A stretch of DNA of 248,000 nt from positions 20,001-268,000 of the forward strand of contig NW_008806284.1 of assembly GCF_000400465.1 (NCBI RefSeq). The letters run 5' to 3'. Positions within the stretch are counted from its first letter, which is position 1; each line of letters starts with the position of its first letter. Below, in pieces: positions 126,925 to 139,682 of the stretch. Source of the stretch: Wallemia ichthyophaga EXF-994 (taxonomy: Eukaryota > Fungi > Basidiomycota). The notes beneath the pieces are model-generated. The model was given only the letters and a program-made list of their open reading frames with translations. It searched no databases and was not told where the DNA came from. A program made the translations under genes and the position numbers.

Positions 126925-129555
126925 TTACCACATTCTACACTGCTCCTCTAATGGCGGATTCATGATACTCCCCTGGGTGCAACCGAAAGCCTTTGCGAAT
127001 TCAGGTGTGTTGCGAAGTGTACCATCGACTCTCCATCTGTTATTGTTACGTGAGTCAGTATTCACGCCAGTCATATCTCAGTACTCACTTAGTTGGTGCG
127101 TGCGGATCCGTCTTGATACGCTTGAGGTTCTCTTCCAAGCGTGTCTTGCGCGCCCAGCCTCTAGCAAACGAGATAAAGAATAACTGTTCGTCGGTAAATT
127201 TGAGTCCTGGAAGTTTGGCAGATTCTTCAATCTCCTCTGCGTGCTTCCACGCGTTGTATGCCTGCACTAATCCCAGATCCCCTATAGCCTCGCCAATCAC
127301 GAAACGTCCGTTAACGTTGAGGTCCTTGCCATCGGGTCCTGGTACGGTGAACTGGTTGTATTGATTGATGATACACTCAGCTCTTTCTTCGAATGCCTTG
127401 ACTGTTTCGTCACTCCACCATGAACCATCGAAGATTAGTCTGCCGTCTGCTTCGTACTGACGTCCAGCTTGGTCAAAGGCATGACACAGCTCGTGCGCTG
127501 CTACACTGCCTGCTGATCCGTAATTAAGAACCTGCGGCCAATCCGCCTTGAAGAATGGTGGCTGGAGTATCCCAGCTGGGAAAACTATCTCGTTCTTTGA
127601 TGGCTGGTAGTAGGCATTGACTTCAGTTGGAAACATATCCCATTCGCCTTCGGCGACCTTACCTGCTTTCTGGAAGAGTCTGGCTGCGTCAGCTTCTTTA
127701 GCTCTCAGAGTGTTGCCGAACCAATCATCCTCAGTGATTTCGTTCATGTCGTAGTATCTGGCTAGATCAGTGGGGTCTGAAGTATTTGGATGGGCGGTTG
127801 GGTATCCGATCTTCTTGTTGTCGTGTAGTACTCTGGCTTTGTTAGCTGCCGCATCGACTGTCTTGTTATCCAACCATCCAAGACTTGGTAAGCGATTGAT
127901 GAACGCATCGATGATCCCATCTACTACTCCTTCAAAATTAGTCTTGCTCTCACCTGGGAAAGCTTCGAGGACAAATGGTCTGCCGGCTAAGAAACCAACT
128001 TGATCGACCACTCCGTTCAAGCAGTCGAGATCAATATCCTTCTCAGCCTTTGGGTCGGTGCCGCTCATTTTCGCTGTGAAATCATTAACTATCTTGGCCA
128101 TGTGGGTCTTTGGACTAAGTGAGGAGCCCAAATTGAGAACGATTCTGAGGAGGAAGTAAGTTTCGAGCGTGGCATCGTCGACTTCAAGGACACTGAAAGT
128201 ATGTTTAAGAACTAAGTCCTTTCATAAACCCCAACACACCTTGCTAAATCCTCAAAGTAGCTTGGGTTTGCTACGATAACTGGCTCTACTATAGAGTCGT
128301 CGTCACTTGTACCTTGCAGGGCAAAAAATTCATTCCAATATACGTATGGAGCAAGCTCAGAGAGCTCAGTTATGGTCTTGGGGTTGTACGTCTTGAGAGG
128401 GTTAGCTGAGTCAACCTGGCTCCAAGAGATTCTTGCGAGGTCTTGTTCAAATCTAGCGACATCGTTGGCTTTTCTCCTGAAGTAGCGTGTTGGGAGCTTA
128501 GGAGGTTTGTGATGTTTATTTTTTTTGCTCTTTTTGCTTTCCGTGATACCCTTGCTGTGAAAATCTCTTTCGTGAACAGCAACCAATATCTGATAAGTGA
128601 TTTCAGCGATAAGGTTTACATTGGCGTAGTCCTCATAGTAGTCTTTGTCGGGAAGTGATAAGGCATCGCTTTGAGATAGAACAAGTACCTGTCGGCTTGG
128701 ATCCTTGCCTACGTCGCCATCCAGTGAGAAAGAGAACAAACCGCCGATGTTCATAGATTGTAAAAAGGCGGTTGCATGAGTCAGCATGGTTTTGCGATAA
128801 TCGCCCTTCACCATGTGCCTTTGATGGATCACAGATTCGAAGTCGTCGAGTACATCGAGGATAGGCTCAGCGCCAAGCTTGTCTTGAACCTTAGTGTTAG
128901 TGCAAGAGTCGTAGAGAGTCTTGATAGATTTTAAGTTTTCTTTGTCTTGAGGAGAGTATTCTTGCGTGCCGACGTTATCAAAGACTGCTGATTTGACAGT
129001 TTGGATATTCCTATCGCCGAGCTCGTTGAATATGGAGTAAACGCTCTTTGAAGGTGGGATAGGGTGAGAATTAAGCCAGCCGCCATTAGCGTAATCGTAG
129101 AAAGAGTCGCATGGATCGATGGAAGTATCGACAGACTCGAGGATATCTTTTGCAGCTCTGAAGCAAGATCTGGTGAGGCAGAAATTGGATGACTACGATT
129201 GTTAGTGGGAAATAATTTATAAAGTGTTTGTGCTTACTGGTGGTTGTTCTGGCCGCTTAGGAGGATGCGTGGGTTGTGGTTTGCCAGGTTGTATGACAGT
129301 GACAGTCTCTTTAGATTCCTGCGCTCTCTTGTAATTAACTTCAGCGCCTGCAAATAAACCAACGAAAACGCTCATCAATACAACGAGCCCAACGATGACA
129401 GCGATGAGGATTCTATTCAGCTTTGAAATATTCTTTGGTGGCCCTAGTTCCTCTTTACGACGTCCATTCAGCAGTAGTGGCTCCCTTTCAAGTATCCCTG
129501 ACTGCCTCCTTGAATTTGAATGTGAGTTCATGGTGGTCGTAAGCCAAGACGTCAC
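126925..129555 (-). CDS. M13 (neprilysin/ECE-like) zinc metallopeptidase, type II membrane
   Basis: N-terminal TM, VNAYY, AHELCHAFD, GEAIGD, DPHAP. Confidence 0.92.
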
Positions 129556-129774
129556 CGCCAGCCAGATAAGGTGAGATTTGATGTTCAGGCTATATTTGAG
129601 AGGCAGAAATGATCATAAAATTGAGCCCAGTTCAATGACGTTTTCGGATTGTAAATATCTCCTGTCGATCACCCGTCGTCATCAAAATTTTCATGGACTA
129701 TACATACAGTCTTTCTAGGATTATTACATCTTTCAAAGCAACAATCATCATCTAAAGAAATACCTGGAAGATAT

Positions 129775-131135
129775 ATGCAGTTGAAATACCTCATCACACT
129801 CGCAACCCTTGCGGCTTTTGCCTCTGCGAATTTGGTTCCGCACAACGTCGCTTACACGAAGAGATCTCCACAATACGAGTACGATACAGCGGCGTAAGTG
129901 GGTAATATTGAGACGATACAATCTAACACGCCTCAGACCATCTCCAGATTCACCTTCGCCATCACCAGCAGGTCCTGGAGACGATATCGCAATTTGTGTT
130001 AATAGTGAGTGAAATAATCACAGTTTGATAGCCAACAAAATTTATACATAGACTGCGACTCTAACGCTTACAAGAACAATGGAATTAATGGTAGTGGCGG
130101 TGGTATTGGCGCTGCCGGTGATTATAACGCTGGTGGCGATAATCCTGGTGGCAACAATCCTGGCAACGACAACAACGAAAATTCTCCCAACATCGGTGAC
130201 GACGACGCCAACGACAACAACAACAGAAACGATACTGCTCCATCGCCAACTACAAAGTACGTCGTCGTTGCACCTTCTCAGGGCGTTCTTCGCTTCGTTC
130301 CCTTTGCCATGCAAGCCGATGTCGGTGACAAAATTCAATTTACTTGGATGGCAAACAACCACGGAGTAACCAAATCTTCAATGACTGGTCTCTGTAACGC
130401 CACAGAGGATAAGCCATTCAAATCTCCTGTACAGAACGCAACCACTACGTTTGAGATTACTGTCGATACCACCGACCCAATGTTTTACTATTGCCCAGTT
130501 GGAAATGTGGGAAAGATTAATCATTATAATTAACACTGACAGTACATATAGCACTGTGCATCTGGTATGTACGGTATGATCAATCCACCAATGGCACCAG
130601 CCAACTTGTCAAACGTTGGTAATGCTATGAGTGATTGGGAGAAGGTCAGAGAGTAGCTCTGTGCCACTTCAACACCCTCTAACATCTCACTAGGACTCCA
130701 AGAATGCCATTATTATGAAGAACGCCGGTAATTTGATGAAGGATGCCAACATGACCACCGAGCAACTAAACTGGGGAAGCAACTGGATGGACATCGCGAG
130801 TGACAAAGATCAGTTGTCTTTGCTTATCGAGAATATTATGTGAGTAGTTGTATAATCAGAATTAACCCTCTGAAAATCGCAGCACCACGCGTCTCGCTAT
130901 TGCTTTGAATCCAGGCTGGACACCTGGAGCTGAGATTGATACTGGCAAGTTTAATACACCACCAGATATGAATACGCTTGCAGAGTCCAACACCGACGAC
131001 GATGAGACTGACGATGATCCTACTACTGATTCGAAAGACGGAGGTAGCTCAAATGACTCTGGATGCATCAGAAAGGAAGCCCAGATTACCAGTCTTATTT
131101 TCAGTTTAATTGCGGTTTTCGCATGTGTTCTTTAA
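129775..131135 (+). CDS. Secreted cupredoxin-like cell-surface protein
   Basis: Signal peptide, VVAP..GVLRFVP, PMFYYC...HC..GMYGMINP, hydrophobic C-terminus. Confidence 0.75.
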
Positions 131136-131399
131136 GTTTAATGAATACTCTTTTCAATATTTACATCTACGCGGTCAGGTTTAAATGCCAGGATGGCCTG
131201 AATAACGGTCGTGGATGTTAAATGTCAATAGTACCTGGGTCTTTATGTGCTAAATGAGCTGATCTGGTAAATTTCACATGCAATTGTTATCCTCTTAAGA
131301 TGTGTAGGACTGAACATGTTTCAGATAAGGGCATCAAACTGCAAAGAAGGTGGCTAAGCTGAAGAATACAAATTGCTGAAAAACCTACAGACAGAAACA

Positions 131400-133620
131400 C
131401 CCTTGCTTAGCTGTATATGCGCATTTGTACTTCATCCAGCACACATCTCCTTATCGACAAAGCGGTGCGAAGGAAACTACCAAACTTAGAGAACTGAAAA
131501 CCAAATTATAGCACACAGGTAATTAACTCGATATTCGTTTTATTCGCCTTTTCACCACAATCCACCGGGCTTAATACTTTAATGTTAGTCCAATCCCAAA
131601 CTTGATGTATATCCCAAGTAATCCTCATGGAGAAGTTTTCGCTAAAGTGGATTAACAATCTCATTAGCGACAGATACTCGTTAAGAATTGATAGATCTTG
131701 CGGTTCAGGGTATTATCCGCTTGTGCCAAGTTGGCAGAATAACCAAAAGACCCACTTCTCTTTCAGGCGTGGAAGAGTCATGTGTTCGAATCAAGGTGGT
131801 CGTAAATATTGCTGAATCAACTTTCTGATGATAAACTACGCGTCTTCCACCCTGCGTGCATCCGTGATCACCAAAGCAATCGCCGATGTTTGGAACTTCT
131901 ATCTGACGAATGTGTGGTTGGATCTAGTCAGGCGTGATCAACTGACTGAGTGTCTGCTGAAGTTAACAACATCATAAAGGAACACCACCGCAGTGATTGT
132001 CCCCCCCACTTCGACCGCCCATCCTGCCGACAAACACGCACTCGATTATGTCGCTGGCGTCATAAGCGTACAAACAGAAGAGACAAGACGCTTGCGACCA
132101 TCTCTATGCGTTTAAAATCAACAAAAATCGCTAATAACCTCATATTTGACATTCGATATCTGAGTGACATCATGTCGTCCACCCACATTATCGCCGAATC
132201 GCTTATCCTGATGGTCCGGTAAGGAATTCCTGATGTCACATCAGGATGTCCTTTGATTGCAGATAAAGTTGCTCTGACTATCCCACTTTCTTCGCGTCCC
132301 TATGTGGTTCGCAGGAATGCATAACAGCATGCCTGAGATATAGGAATGTTGGTTGTGATACTCCTCTTTAAATGTTACTGCATGAAAAGATTATATCCCA
132401 TCTTCAAGAAGGCCTTTTCTTTTAATGTGGATAAAATAAATAACCGTAACAGCTTTATACGGAGTAAATGAATCTCACACGGATTTCACTGCTTGATGGA
132501 CTATCGAAGACAATCTAAATAGCCTGCCTTGTCCAGGATTCGAACAAAGGTCGTACAGGTCCTCGCCTCAAAACAAAAGGCAAAAAATGTTCGCGTACCG
132601 GGAATCGAACCCGGCTCTTCGGTGGTCTTTCAAGTGAAAAACCGATATGATAACCACTACACCATACACGACTGATACTTTTGCTTCACCAAAAAAATAC
132701 TTAACTTCAAGATTGACAGAAATCAAAGCGTACTTATTGCAAATTTTCATGGCTTGTTAGTCTTTATTAGTATAAGCGAAACAGCACAAGAATGCCTTTA
132801 ATTTCCGGCAAGACTGACTCATCGATTGTTTCTCAAAGCCTAAATAATCATTCGAGTAGCAATAGTAAACTGGCCACTTTGTGCGTTTGTAGGGGATTGA
132901 GGATGGTCCCGATCTGCGCGAACACATCCAACTATGATCCAGTCGAAACCAACACTGCCCTATCATTCGTAGCTCACAACTTGAGACGAAAGAATTAATC
133001 AACATGGTGGGTGCGTAGGAATGACGTGGTGGACTACCTAAGAAGTCGTGCATATTGTCGGTGTTAAGTGACTTGGACCTGTTTTGATATCAGCAGACCG
133101 AGCCGAGAAGCATTGTATTGCCGGTGCTAGTGTTTGGCAGGAATACTCAGCGGAAGAAGGTGAAAGGTGCCGATACGCAAATAGTGCACGCCAGTATCGG
133201 CAAAGGTGGTATTCGAATTGTTAGCCGTGAGTGTGCTGCTGAATAGTTCCTGAGAGATAGGGCGATGAACGTGTATGGTGAGGGTGCAGGTGACAAGGGT
133301 GATGAGACGATAGGGTGGTAAAGTGTAAATGCAGCTATTCACATGCATTGAACGAACTTGCAATGGATATTCTTTCACCAAAAATAGAGCAGTGTTAATC
133401 AGTTACCACCGGCTACGTATCGTAAGCAGTTACTGCTGATCGAGTAGTGAGACATTCCGATAAACAAAGCACAGGAATCAAATTGATTGAATCGGAAAAT
133501 ATATCGGAGTCGGCATCATGCACTGTGAATGTATCGAGATATCGAAATATCCAGGTACACAGTCGTGTGGATGCGGACAGGGATTTTAGAGAGGTTGTGC
133601 ACTGTTCGCTGGAGTGCTAT
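131400..133620 (+). pseudogene. Decayed phosphoketolase duplicate, inverted relative to the intact gene
   Basis: 132930-133620 aligns by eye with XFP, including a shared run AAGCATTGTATTGCCGGTGCTAGTGTTTGG; in-frame TGA; only patchy similarity (VYAH, ISDR, LSDIM, DVTS) upstream. Confidence 0.7.
132590..132671 (-). tRNA. tRNA-Glu(TTC) with 10-nt intron
   Basis: Acceptor TCGTGTA/TACGCGA, anticodon stem TCGGT/ACCGA, loop TT-TTC-A, intron CTTGAAAGAC, T-arm CCGGG-TTCGATT-CCCGG. Confidence 0.93.
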
Positions 133621-134191
133621 AATGCTCCAATGCTCCAATGCTCCAATGCTAAAAATGATAGCCAGCGTAATCACCACTCTGTGCGGATTGGAGGATGCAA
133701 TATTGAGTGCTAGCGTCAGCTGCTGAGCTTAAGCAAGCCTGAACAACCCGCCAAGTGATAAAGGGCTATTTTTAGTTTATTTTACAAGATGATTCATTGG
133801 GGTTTGAATATGTTTAAGAGGGTGGAGGGGTGCATGGGCCTCTAAATGGGCCTCTGCGAATGAAATGTCGAATAATTATTGTGCCAGTGAGATATATTCA
133901 CGCGTTAGCGCGTTTACGTATTCGCGTTTCAACTCGCGCTCGTTCCGTTCTTGAAAAATCTTCAAACAGGGCGAGGAGGGGAGTGAATTGGAGTGATATA
134001 CGAGATATTCACAGAAAACGCACAAAGCCAGCTTATTTTTGGCATTTTTTTCCTTTATTTTAGGTTCCCGCAGCAGAAAACGTAAATGGGGACTGGCGGA
134101 CGTTCTTCTCTCTTTAACACGAACTACGAGGAAGTGAGTTTTGCGTGTTTCTACCGTGAGAGCAGAACTGACGCGTAATAGAAGTAGAAAA

Positions 134192-135741
134192 ATGTCTTTG
134201 AACACATCAAACACGTCGTCGATCAAGCGCCAACCATCTGCAACCGACTTCAAGTCAGCTACTACAAATGTATCTTCACGCTCCATGAAGCAGGAATTAG
134301 ATAATCTTGTTCAAGTGAGTGGGTTAGGGAGCGTACAAAGCATTCTAACGCGCCCCTTCAGTCAGTTGAAGACCCAACAAAGAAAAAGCAATTCAAGGCT
134401 GAAATGGATGGCTTCTACAACCTTTTTAACCGCTTCCTCGATGAGAAGGCTAGAGGTGAGAAGATCCAATGGGACAAAATCAGACCACCAGCAGCAGAGC
134501 AAGTAAGACCATACTCAGACCTTCCAAAAGCCAGCGACCACTCAATTCTCGATAAATTGGCTGTGTTGAAGCTTAACGGTGGCTTGGGTACTACCATGGG
134601 TTGCGTCGGGCCAAAATCCATCATCGAAGTGAGAGACGGTATGACTTTCTTGGATTTGTCAGTGAGACAAATCGAGCATCTCAACTCAGCTTACAACGTC
134701 AACGTCCCATTCATCTTGATGAATTCGTTCAACACTCACGAAGACACCAAGCGTCTTATCCAAAAGTATGAAGACCACAACATCCAGATTCTCACTTTCA
134801 ACCAATCATGCTACCCAAGATTCGGCAGAGAGAGTCTTCTCCCAACTGCCAGAGATTTGGACTCACCAAAGGACAACTGGTACCCACCAGGACACGGAGA
134901 TATCTTTGAGGCACTCTACAACTCCGGTTTGCTCGATGAGCTTATCAACGCAGGCAAGGAGTATATATTCGTATCAAACGTAGACAATTTGGGTGCTGTT
135001 GTCGATCTCAACATCTACCAACACATGATCGACTCACAAGCCGAGTACTTTATGGAGGTTACTGACAAGACCAAGGCGGATGTGAAAGGTGGTACCATCA
135101 TCGATTACGAAGGACAAGCGCGTCTGTTGGAGGTTGCGCAAGTGCCAAAGGAGCACGTCGAGGAGTTCAAGAGTATCAGCAAGTTCAAGATATTCAACAC
135201 GAACAACTTGTGGATGAACCTGAAGGCAATCAAGAGAGTTGTAGAGAACAACCAGTTGAGCTTGGAGGTGATTATTAACAACAAGGCACTCGATAATGGT
135301 ACACCGGTTATTCAGCTGGAAACAGCTGTCGGAGCAGCTATTAAGCACTTCAAGGGCGCAGCTGGTATCAACGTACCTAGATCAAGATTCTTGCCTGTCA
135401 AGTCTTGCTCTGACTTGCTCCTCATCACATCAGACCTCTTCAGCTTGGAGCATGGTGTGCTGAAGCGCAACCCTAAGAGAGTGTTCGATACCACACCAGT
135501 TATCAAGCTCGGAGATACTTTCAAGAAGGTGGCTAACTTCCAGGGTAGATTTAAGTCTATCCCGAATGTGTTGGAGCTCGACCACTTGACTGTGTCTGGA
135601 GATGTTGTCTTTGGAAAGAATGTGGTGCTCAAGGGCTCGGTTATTATCGTTGCAAATGAGGGCAACAGGATTATCCTCCCAGACAACTCAGTGATTGAGA
135701 ACAAGCTGGTGACTGGTAACCTTGCCATTATCGACCACTAG
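134192..135741 (+). CDS. UGP1: UTP-glucose-1-phosphate uridylyltransferase
   Basis: [32 protein letters not shown]. Confidence 0.97.
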
Positions 135742-135850
135742 AGAGGTTATTTATAAGACACAATATTCCCAGTACATCCTAATTGATTTTTACATTTCAG
135801 ACTGCTTTGGTAGGTGTGGATGATTGCATATTGCATTAAAATAATTGCCT

Positions 135851-137395
135851 TTAAAACTCGTACAATTCTGGTTTATCTGACTGGAATGCGACTCTCCTGG
135901 GGCCTTTAGAGGGGGCTTTAGAGGGAGGAAAGGTGACTTTGGGAGTGTTCTGTGTGTTCTGTGTGTTGTGTGTATTCTGTGTGTGTGCTTGAGCACCGCC
136001 CTCTATTTGCACACTACCGTCATCATGAGTGCACTCACTGCTATGAATATGTTCCAAGTGCTCGTGCTCATGCAGCTGCTCCTGCTGCTCCTCCATCTCC
136101 TGCTCATTAGCCCGTTTAACTCTCTCACTAGTATCCTGCACACCAGCAGCGGATTTGCTTGGAGTGGTACGTCTCTCGCCGACGCCACCCTCAACATCGA
136201 GATGAAGAGTCTCAATGACAAGGCGCCTTCTACGCAACTTAAAAGCTAGGTTATTATCACCGGCCACGAGTCCACCCCGCAAAACGCTATGGCGGTCACT
136301 AGGTGCCGTCAGAGCGTGCACAGCAGGGCGGGCGAGGCAATGAAGGAGACCATGACTAGGTGCGAAAGCGCGTGCGCGATGTGGCGCATCGCTGAAACTC
136401 TCCAAAGCTACACAGCCATCTACGACATGCAGCAGCTGAGGTAACACCCCACCCACCCCCTGCAAAGTCTGCATGTGCGCGGACGTGTAGATGGTCGTGT
136501 AGGGCGTCGTGCGTGCGAGGTGGCGCAGCTTGTAGAAGAACCGATACAGCACTCCGTCGCCGTCGCTGTCACCGTACCACAGACTGCCGACGTTGCGCAC
136601 TACGATGCGCAACATGTTGGGCGCGTGTGTGTGTCCGTTTGCGTCTGCTTGCGCTTGCGTACCTGCATGGCGCTTGCAGGCTGCTTCTATGCGTGCGAGG
136701 ATGGCTGTGTAAGAACTCGCCTCGCCCTCACTCCCACTCCCACCAACATCATCGTCCACATCCACTCCCACCTCCTCCAGCAACCCGCGCTCGCGTGCGT
136801 GGGCGAGAGTGTGTGCGGGGATTGTCTGTGTGAGGTCGAAAGTACTGAGGAACGAGCTTTCGTCGCTGCCGTTACTATTGCTAGGCGTGTTGATTGAAGT
136901 TTCGAAGCGCTTCATGTGCGTGTATCGCCAAGCGATGGTGCTGTCTCCGCGGCCTTGGGTGTGCTTGGGAGTGTGAGTGTCCTCCTTATCCGAATCATTT
137001 TCCTGCTCTTGCTGCTGCTCCTTGCCGCCCTGCTCACTCAGCGGCAACCACATGGCACTGTTCGCAGCGAGCCCGACGGAGAGGACGGCGTGTTGGGCTG
137101 CGATGCCCTGTGCTAGATAGTACCGAAGTAGAATATCGGCGTATGCGGCGTGTGGGTCCGTTTCCACAACCAGCGTGAGCGAGTGGTCACTCAGCCCTAA
137201 TCCACCTCGCCCGCCTGCGCTGCCTGTGTACACATCGTCTAGGGCCGCACTCCCACTGCTTACGTGCGCCAATCCGCTCGCTGGCGATACCTTCGTTCCC
137301 CTTATGCGCCTCGCGTGCTTCTCGTCTCGCCGTTTGAAAGAGGACATGGTGGTGCGGAGAGAAGACATGCACACGATTACCCAAGAGAAAGACAA
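135851..137395 (-). CDS. ELP4: Elongator subunit Elp4
   Basis: VSSGSAALDD, LLRYYLAQG, IAWRY, NLAFKLRRRRLVIETLHL. Confidence 0.88.
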   Translation of the reverse strand: MSFSWVIVCMSSLRTTMSSFKRRDEKHARRIRGTKVSPASGLAHVSSGSAALDDVYTGSAGGRGGLGLSDHSLTLVVETDPHAAYADILLRYYLAQGIAAQHAVLSVGLAANSAMWLPLSEQGGKEQQQEQENDSDKEDTHTPKHTQGRGDSTIAWRYTHMKRFETSINTPSNSNGSDESSFLSTFDLTQTIPAHTLAHARERGLLEEVGVDVDDDVGGSGSEGEASSYTAILARIEAACKRHAGTQAQADANGHTHAPNMLRIVVRNVGSLWYGDSDGDGVLYRFFYKLRHLARTTPYTTIYTSAHMQTLQGVGGVLPQLLHVVDGCVALESFSDAPHRARAFAPSHGLLHCLARPAVHALTAPSDRHSVLRGGLVAGDNNLAFKLRRRRLVIETLHLDVEGGVGERRTTPSKSAAGVQDTSERVKRANEQEMEEQQEQLHEHEHLEHIHSSECTHDDGSVQIEGGAQAHTQNTHNTQNTQNTPKVTFPPSKAPSKGPRRVAFQSDKPELYEF

Positions 137396-137458
137396 AGAGA
137401 ATAAGAATAGAATATGAATAAGAAATGAATATATCTACTGCAACTGCACTGCAACTGC

Positions 137459-138562
137459 TTAAACACCCTGCAGAGAAGACGGGTGGGTCATAGCGACACC
137501 GACTTCACAGACATCCTTCAGTCTCCTGCTAACACAGTCCATCTGTCCCTGCAAGACGAGGCTGGGCAGTTTAGTTGGTTCTTGGGGGAGTTTGAAAGCG
137601 CGTGCAATGTCAGCCTCACTGAGAGCACCGAGTCCCTGGCTAGCACGCTGTTGCTGCAGCTTGCTAATTTGACCCTCAACCTTGCTCCTCTCTCTGAGTG
137701 CGTGTCTGTGGGCGAAAGCGAGCTGCGACTGCTCGTCTCTGTACGCATCGACGCTGTCGACCAGGCTGTCTACGTTGCCCTGCAGTGGGGACTCGAGGTT
137801 GATCTCAAGTGTTTTGGAGGGGTTGCGGGCGAGAGTGGTGCGTTTGTCCAAGTGTTGAGCATGAGGAGTGGCCAGGGACTGTACATACGCGCTGGTCAGC
137901 GCCGACGCCTTGATTTCCACGGGAAACTCGATGAGGATTTGGTGGAAAGTGAGCTGGTTCTCGGTAAGACACCTCTCAGTGAACTGGTTATTGCGAAGAG
138001 CGTGAACAAAGTGCTCAGCAAGTCTGTATGCTCTGAGGTTGAGATTGCCGTTGCGAGCGGAAGATTGGTCGTACACCAATACGAAGCCCTTGTTCTTGCC
138101 GAGACCACTGAGGAGTGGCGCGTAGCTGATTAGAGTCTCGCTAATGGTGGCACCATACTCTACAGCCATGTACACAGCGACAGGCTGGTCATCGAGGTCA
138201 GCGTCGTGGAGGTTACGACACATTTTGGCGTTGTATTGGTTGCGCAGAATTTTGGCTTTGCGCTCGTCTTCTTCGGAAGAGCCGAGGAATGGCTGGTAGG
138301 AGGGGAAGGCGTTGGAAATCTCGAGCGTCTGGAGTAAATCGAGGCCGAGACAAATGCCGGTGGAGCTTGTACCGGCTTCAGAGGCATGTTTGGCAATCTT
138401 GGACAGAGCGAGGCTGTCGACGGAGATTTTGTCGACAGGTGCAGAATCGTGGACAGCGTTCTGGAGATGAAGAGGAAGAGATATGCGGTGATCGTTGTCG
138501 TGTTGAGCAGCCAAAGCATTCTGCGAGGCTTCTTTCGCGGCGAGTCTCGAGGCTAACGACAT
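137459..138562 (-). CDS. Translation initiation factor eIF3h
   Basis: MPN domain LSKIAKH...LGLDL...LEISNAF. Confidence 0.8.
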   Translation of the reverse strand: MSLASRLAAKEASQNALAAQHDNDHRISLPLHLQNAVHDSAPVDKISVDSLALSKIAKHASEAGTSSTGICLGLDLLQTLEISNAFPSYQPFLGSSEEDERKAKILRNQYNAKMCRNLHDADLDDQPVAVYMAVEYGATISETLISYAPLLSGLGKNKGFVLVYDQSSARNGNLNLRAYRLAEHFVHALRNNQFTERCLTENQLTFHQILIEFPVEIKASALTSAYVQSLATPHAQHLDKRTTLARNPSKTLEINLESPLQGNVDSLVDSVDAYRDEQSQLAFAHRHALRERSKVEGQISKLQQQRASQGLGALSEADIARAFKLPQEPTKLPSLVLQGQMDCVSRRLKDVCEVGVAMTHPSSLQGV

Positions 138563-138628
138563 GATGGATGGTTGTGGTTAACGTTCAAGGGGAAAGAGAA
138601 ATAAAAATGGAATTATCAAAGGAGGAAT

Positions 138629-139309
138629 ATGACAGTGAGCAGATCAGGTGGGTTGGCTGTGTCTTTATCGGTGGTCTTCTCTGATTGGTCAAGGCTTATG
138701 GAGGAACGGTGCATACTGCTCAACCCAGATGATTCAATTGCTGGGGATGTTTCAAAGAAGGAATGTCATCTCATGTCGAATATAGAGAAAGGAATGCTTC
138801 ATAGGGCTTTCTCAACTTTCTTATTCCGAGAGAGTGATGGCAGGTTACTCATGCAGAAACGTGCCCAAGAGAAGATAACTTTCCCTGGTTTATGGACAAA
138901 CACCTGCTGTAGTCATCCACTCAGCGTTGTTAGCGAGATGGATGGCGTTCTCGGCGGCAAAAGAGCAGCAGTTAGAAAGTTAGATCATGAATTGGGGATT
139001 AACCAGATCAACGTCGATGACCTCGACTTCCTCACTAAAATTCACTACTTGGCGCCTTCAGATGGCCTTTGGGGGGAACATGAGATTGACTACATATACT
139101 TTGTCAAGAAAGATGTCTCTGTGGAGGTGAATGAAAACGAAGTCAGTGATATTAGATGGGTTAGCGTGGATGAGTTGAAGGAGATGCTGTCAGATGGTTA
139201 CTCCCAGTTCACCCCATGGTTTAGGATTATCGTTGAAAATTTTCTATTCAAGTGGTGGGAGAAAGGGGCAGAAGCCAGTCAAGATGGTTTGTTACACCGA
139301 CTCATTTAA
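138629..139309 (+). CDS. IDI1: Isopentenyl-diphosphate isomerase
   Basis: LHRAFS, WTNTCCSHP, WGEHEIDY, FTPWF. Confidence 0.95.
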   Translation: MTVSRSGGLAVSLSVVFSDWSRLMEERCILLNPDDSIAGDVSKKECHLMSNIEKGMLHRAFSTFLFRESDGRLLMQKRAQEKITFPGLWTNTCCSHPLSVVSEMDGVLGGKRAAVRKLDHELGINQINVDDLDFLTKIHYLAPSDGLWGEHEIDYIYFVKKDVSVEVNENEVSDIRWVSVDELKEMLSDGYSQFTPWFRIIVENFLFKWWEKGAEASQDGLLHRLI

Positions 139310-139645
139310 GAAGTTTGAAATGTGATTGAGTAGTTTTGAGGAAGTGTTTGTCGTTGTGATGTAATCTTGGTTGTTGTTCTCCGTAGTGTGGTTGGTTGTA
139401 GTGGGGAGATGATCAACCAACACCTTGAATTGGTTAGACTGTTTAATCAAATCGGTTGTGAGTTCGAATATGGCTGAGTGTAGTTCATTCTCATTTAATT
139501 GATTTGGGTTGCTGTGAGTAATATCAAATTCTTGGTTTACTTGTTTAAACTGCGATTTATCTGTAGCGAAATTGATTGTTGAGTAGATGACCATTATAAT
139601 ACTATCCAGTGTGAGCTGCATCTGCGTCAGTCTGTCCATTTCCAT
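139292..139645 (-). CDS. SRB7: Mediator subunit Med21/Srb7
   Basis: MDRLTQMQLTLD...LVDHLP. Confidence 0.75.
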   Translation of the reverse strand: MEMDRLTQMQLTLDSIIMVIYSTINFATDKSQFKQVNQEFDITHSNPNQLNENELHSAIFELTTDLIKQSNQFKVLVDHLPTTTNHTTENNNQDYITTTNTSSKLLNHISNFLNESV

Positions 139646-139682
139646 TTTATACGTTGATGATGGCTGTTGGTTGTCAACGTCG

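Noticed and set aside
131770-131810. GTTCGAAT B-box-like string suggesting a tRNA
   Set aside because: The flanks (ATGTG/CAAGG) do not form a T-stem, and there is no acceptor stem.
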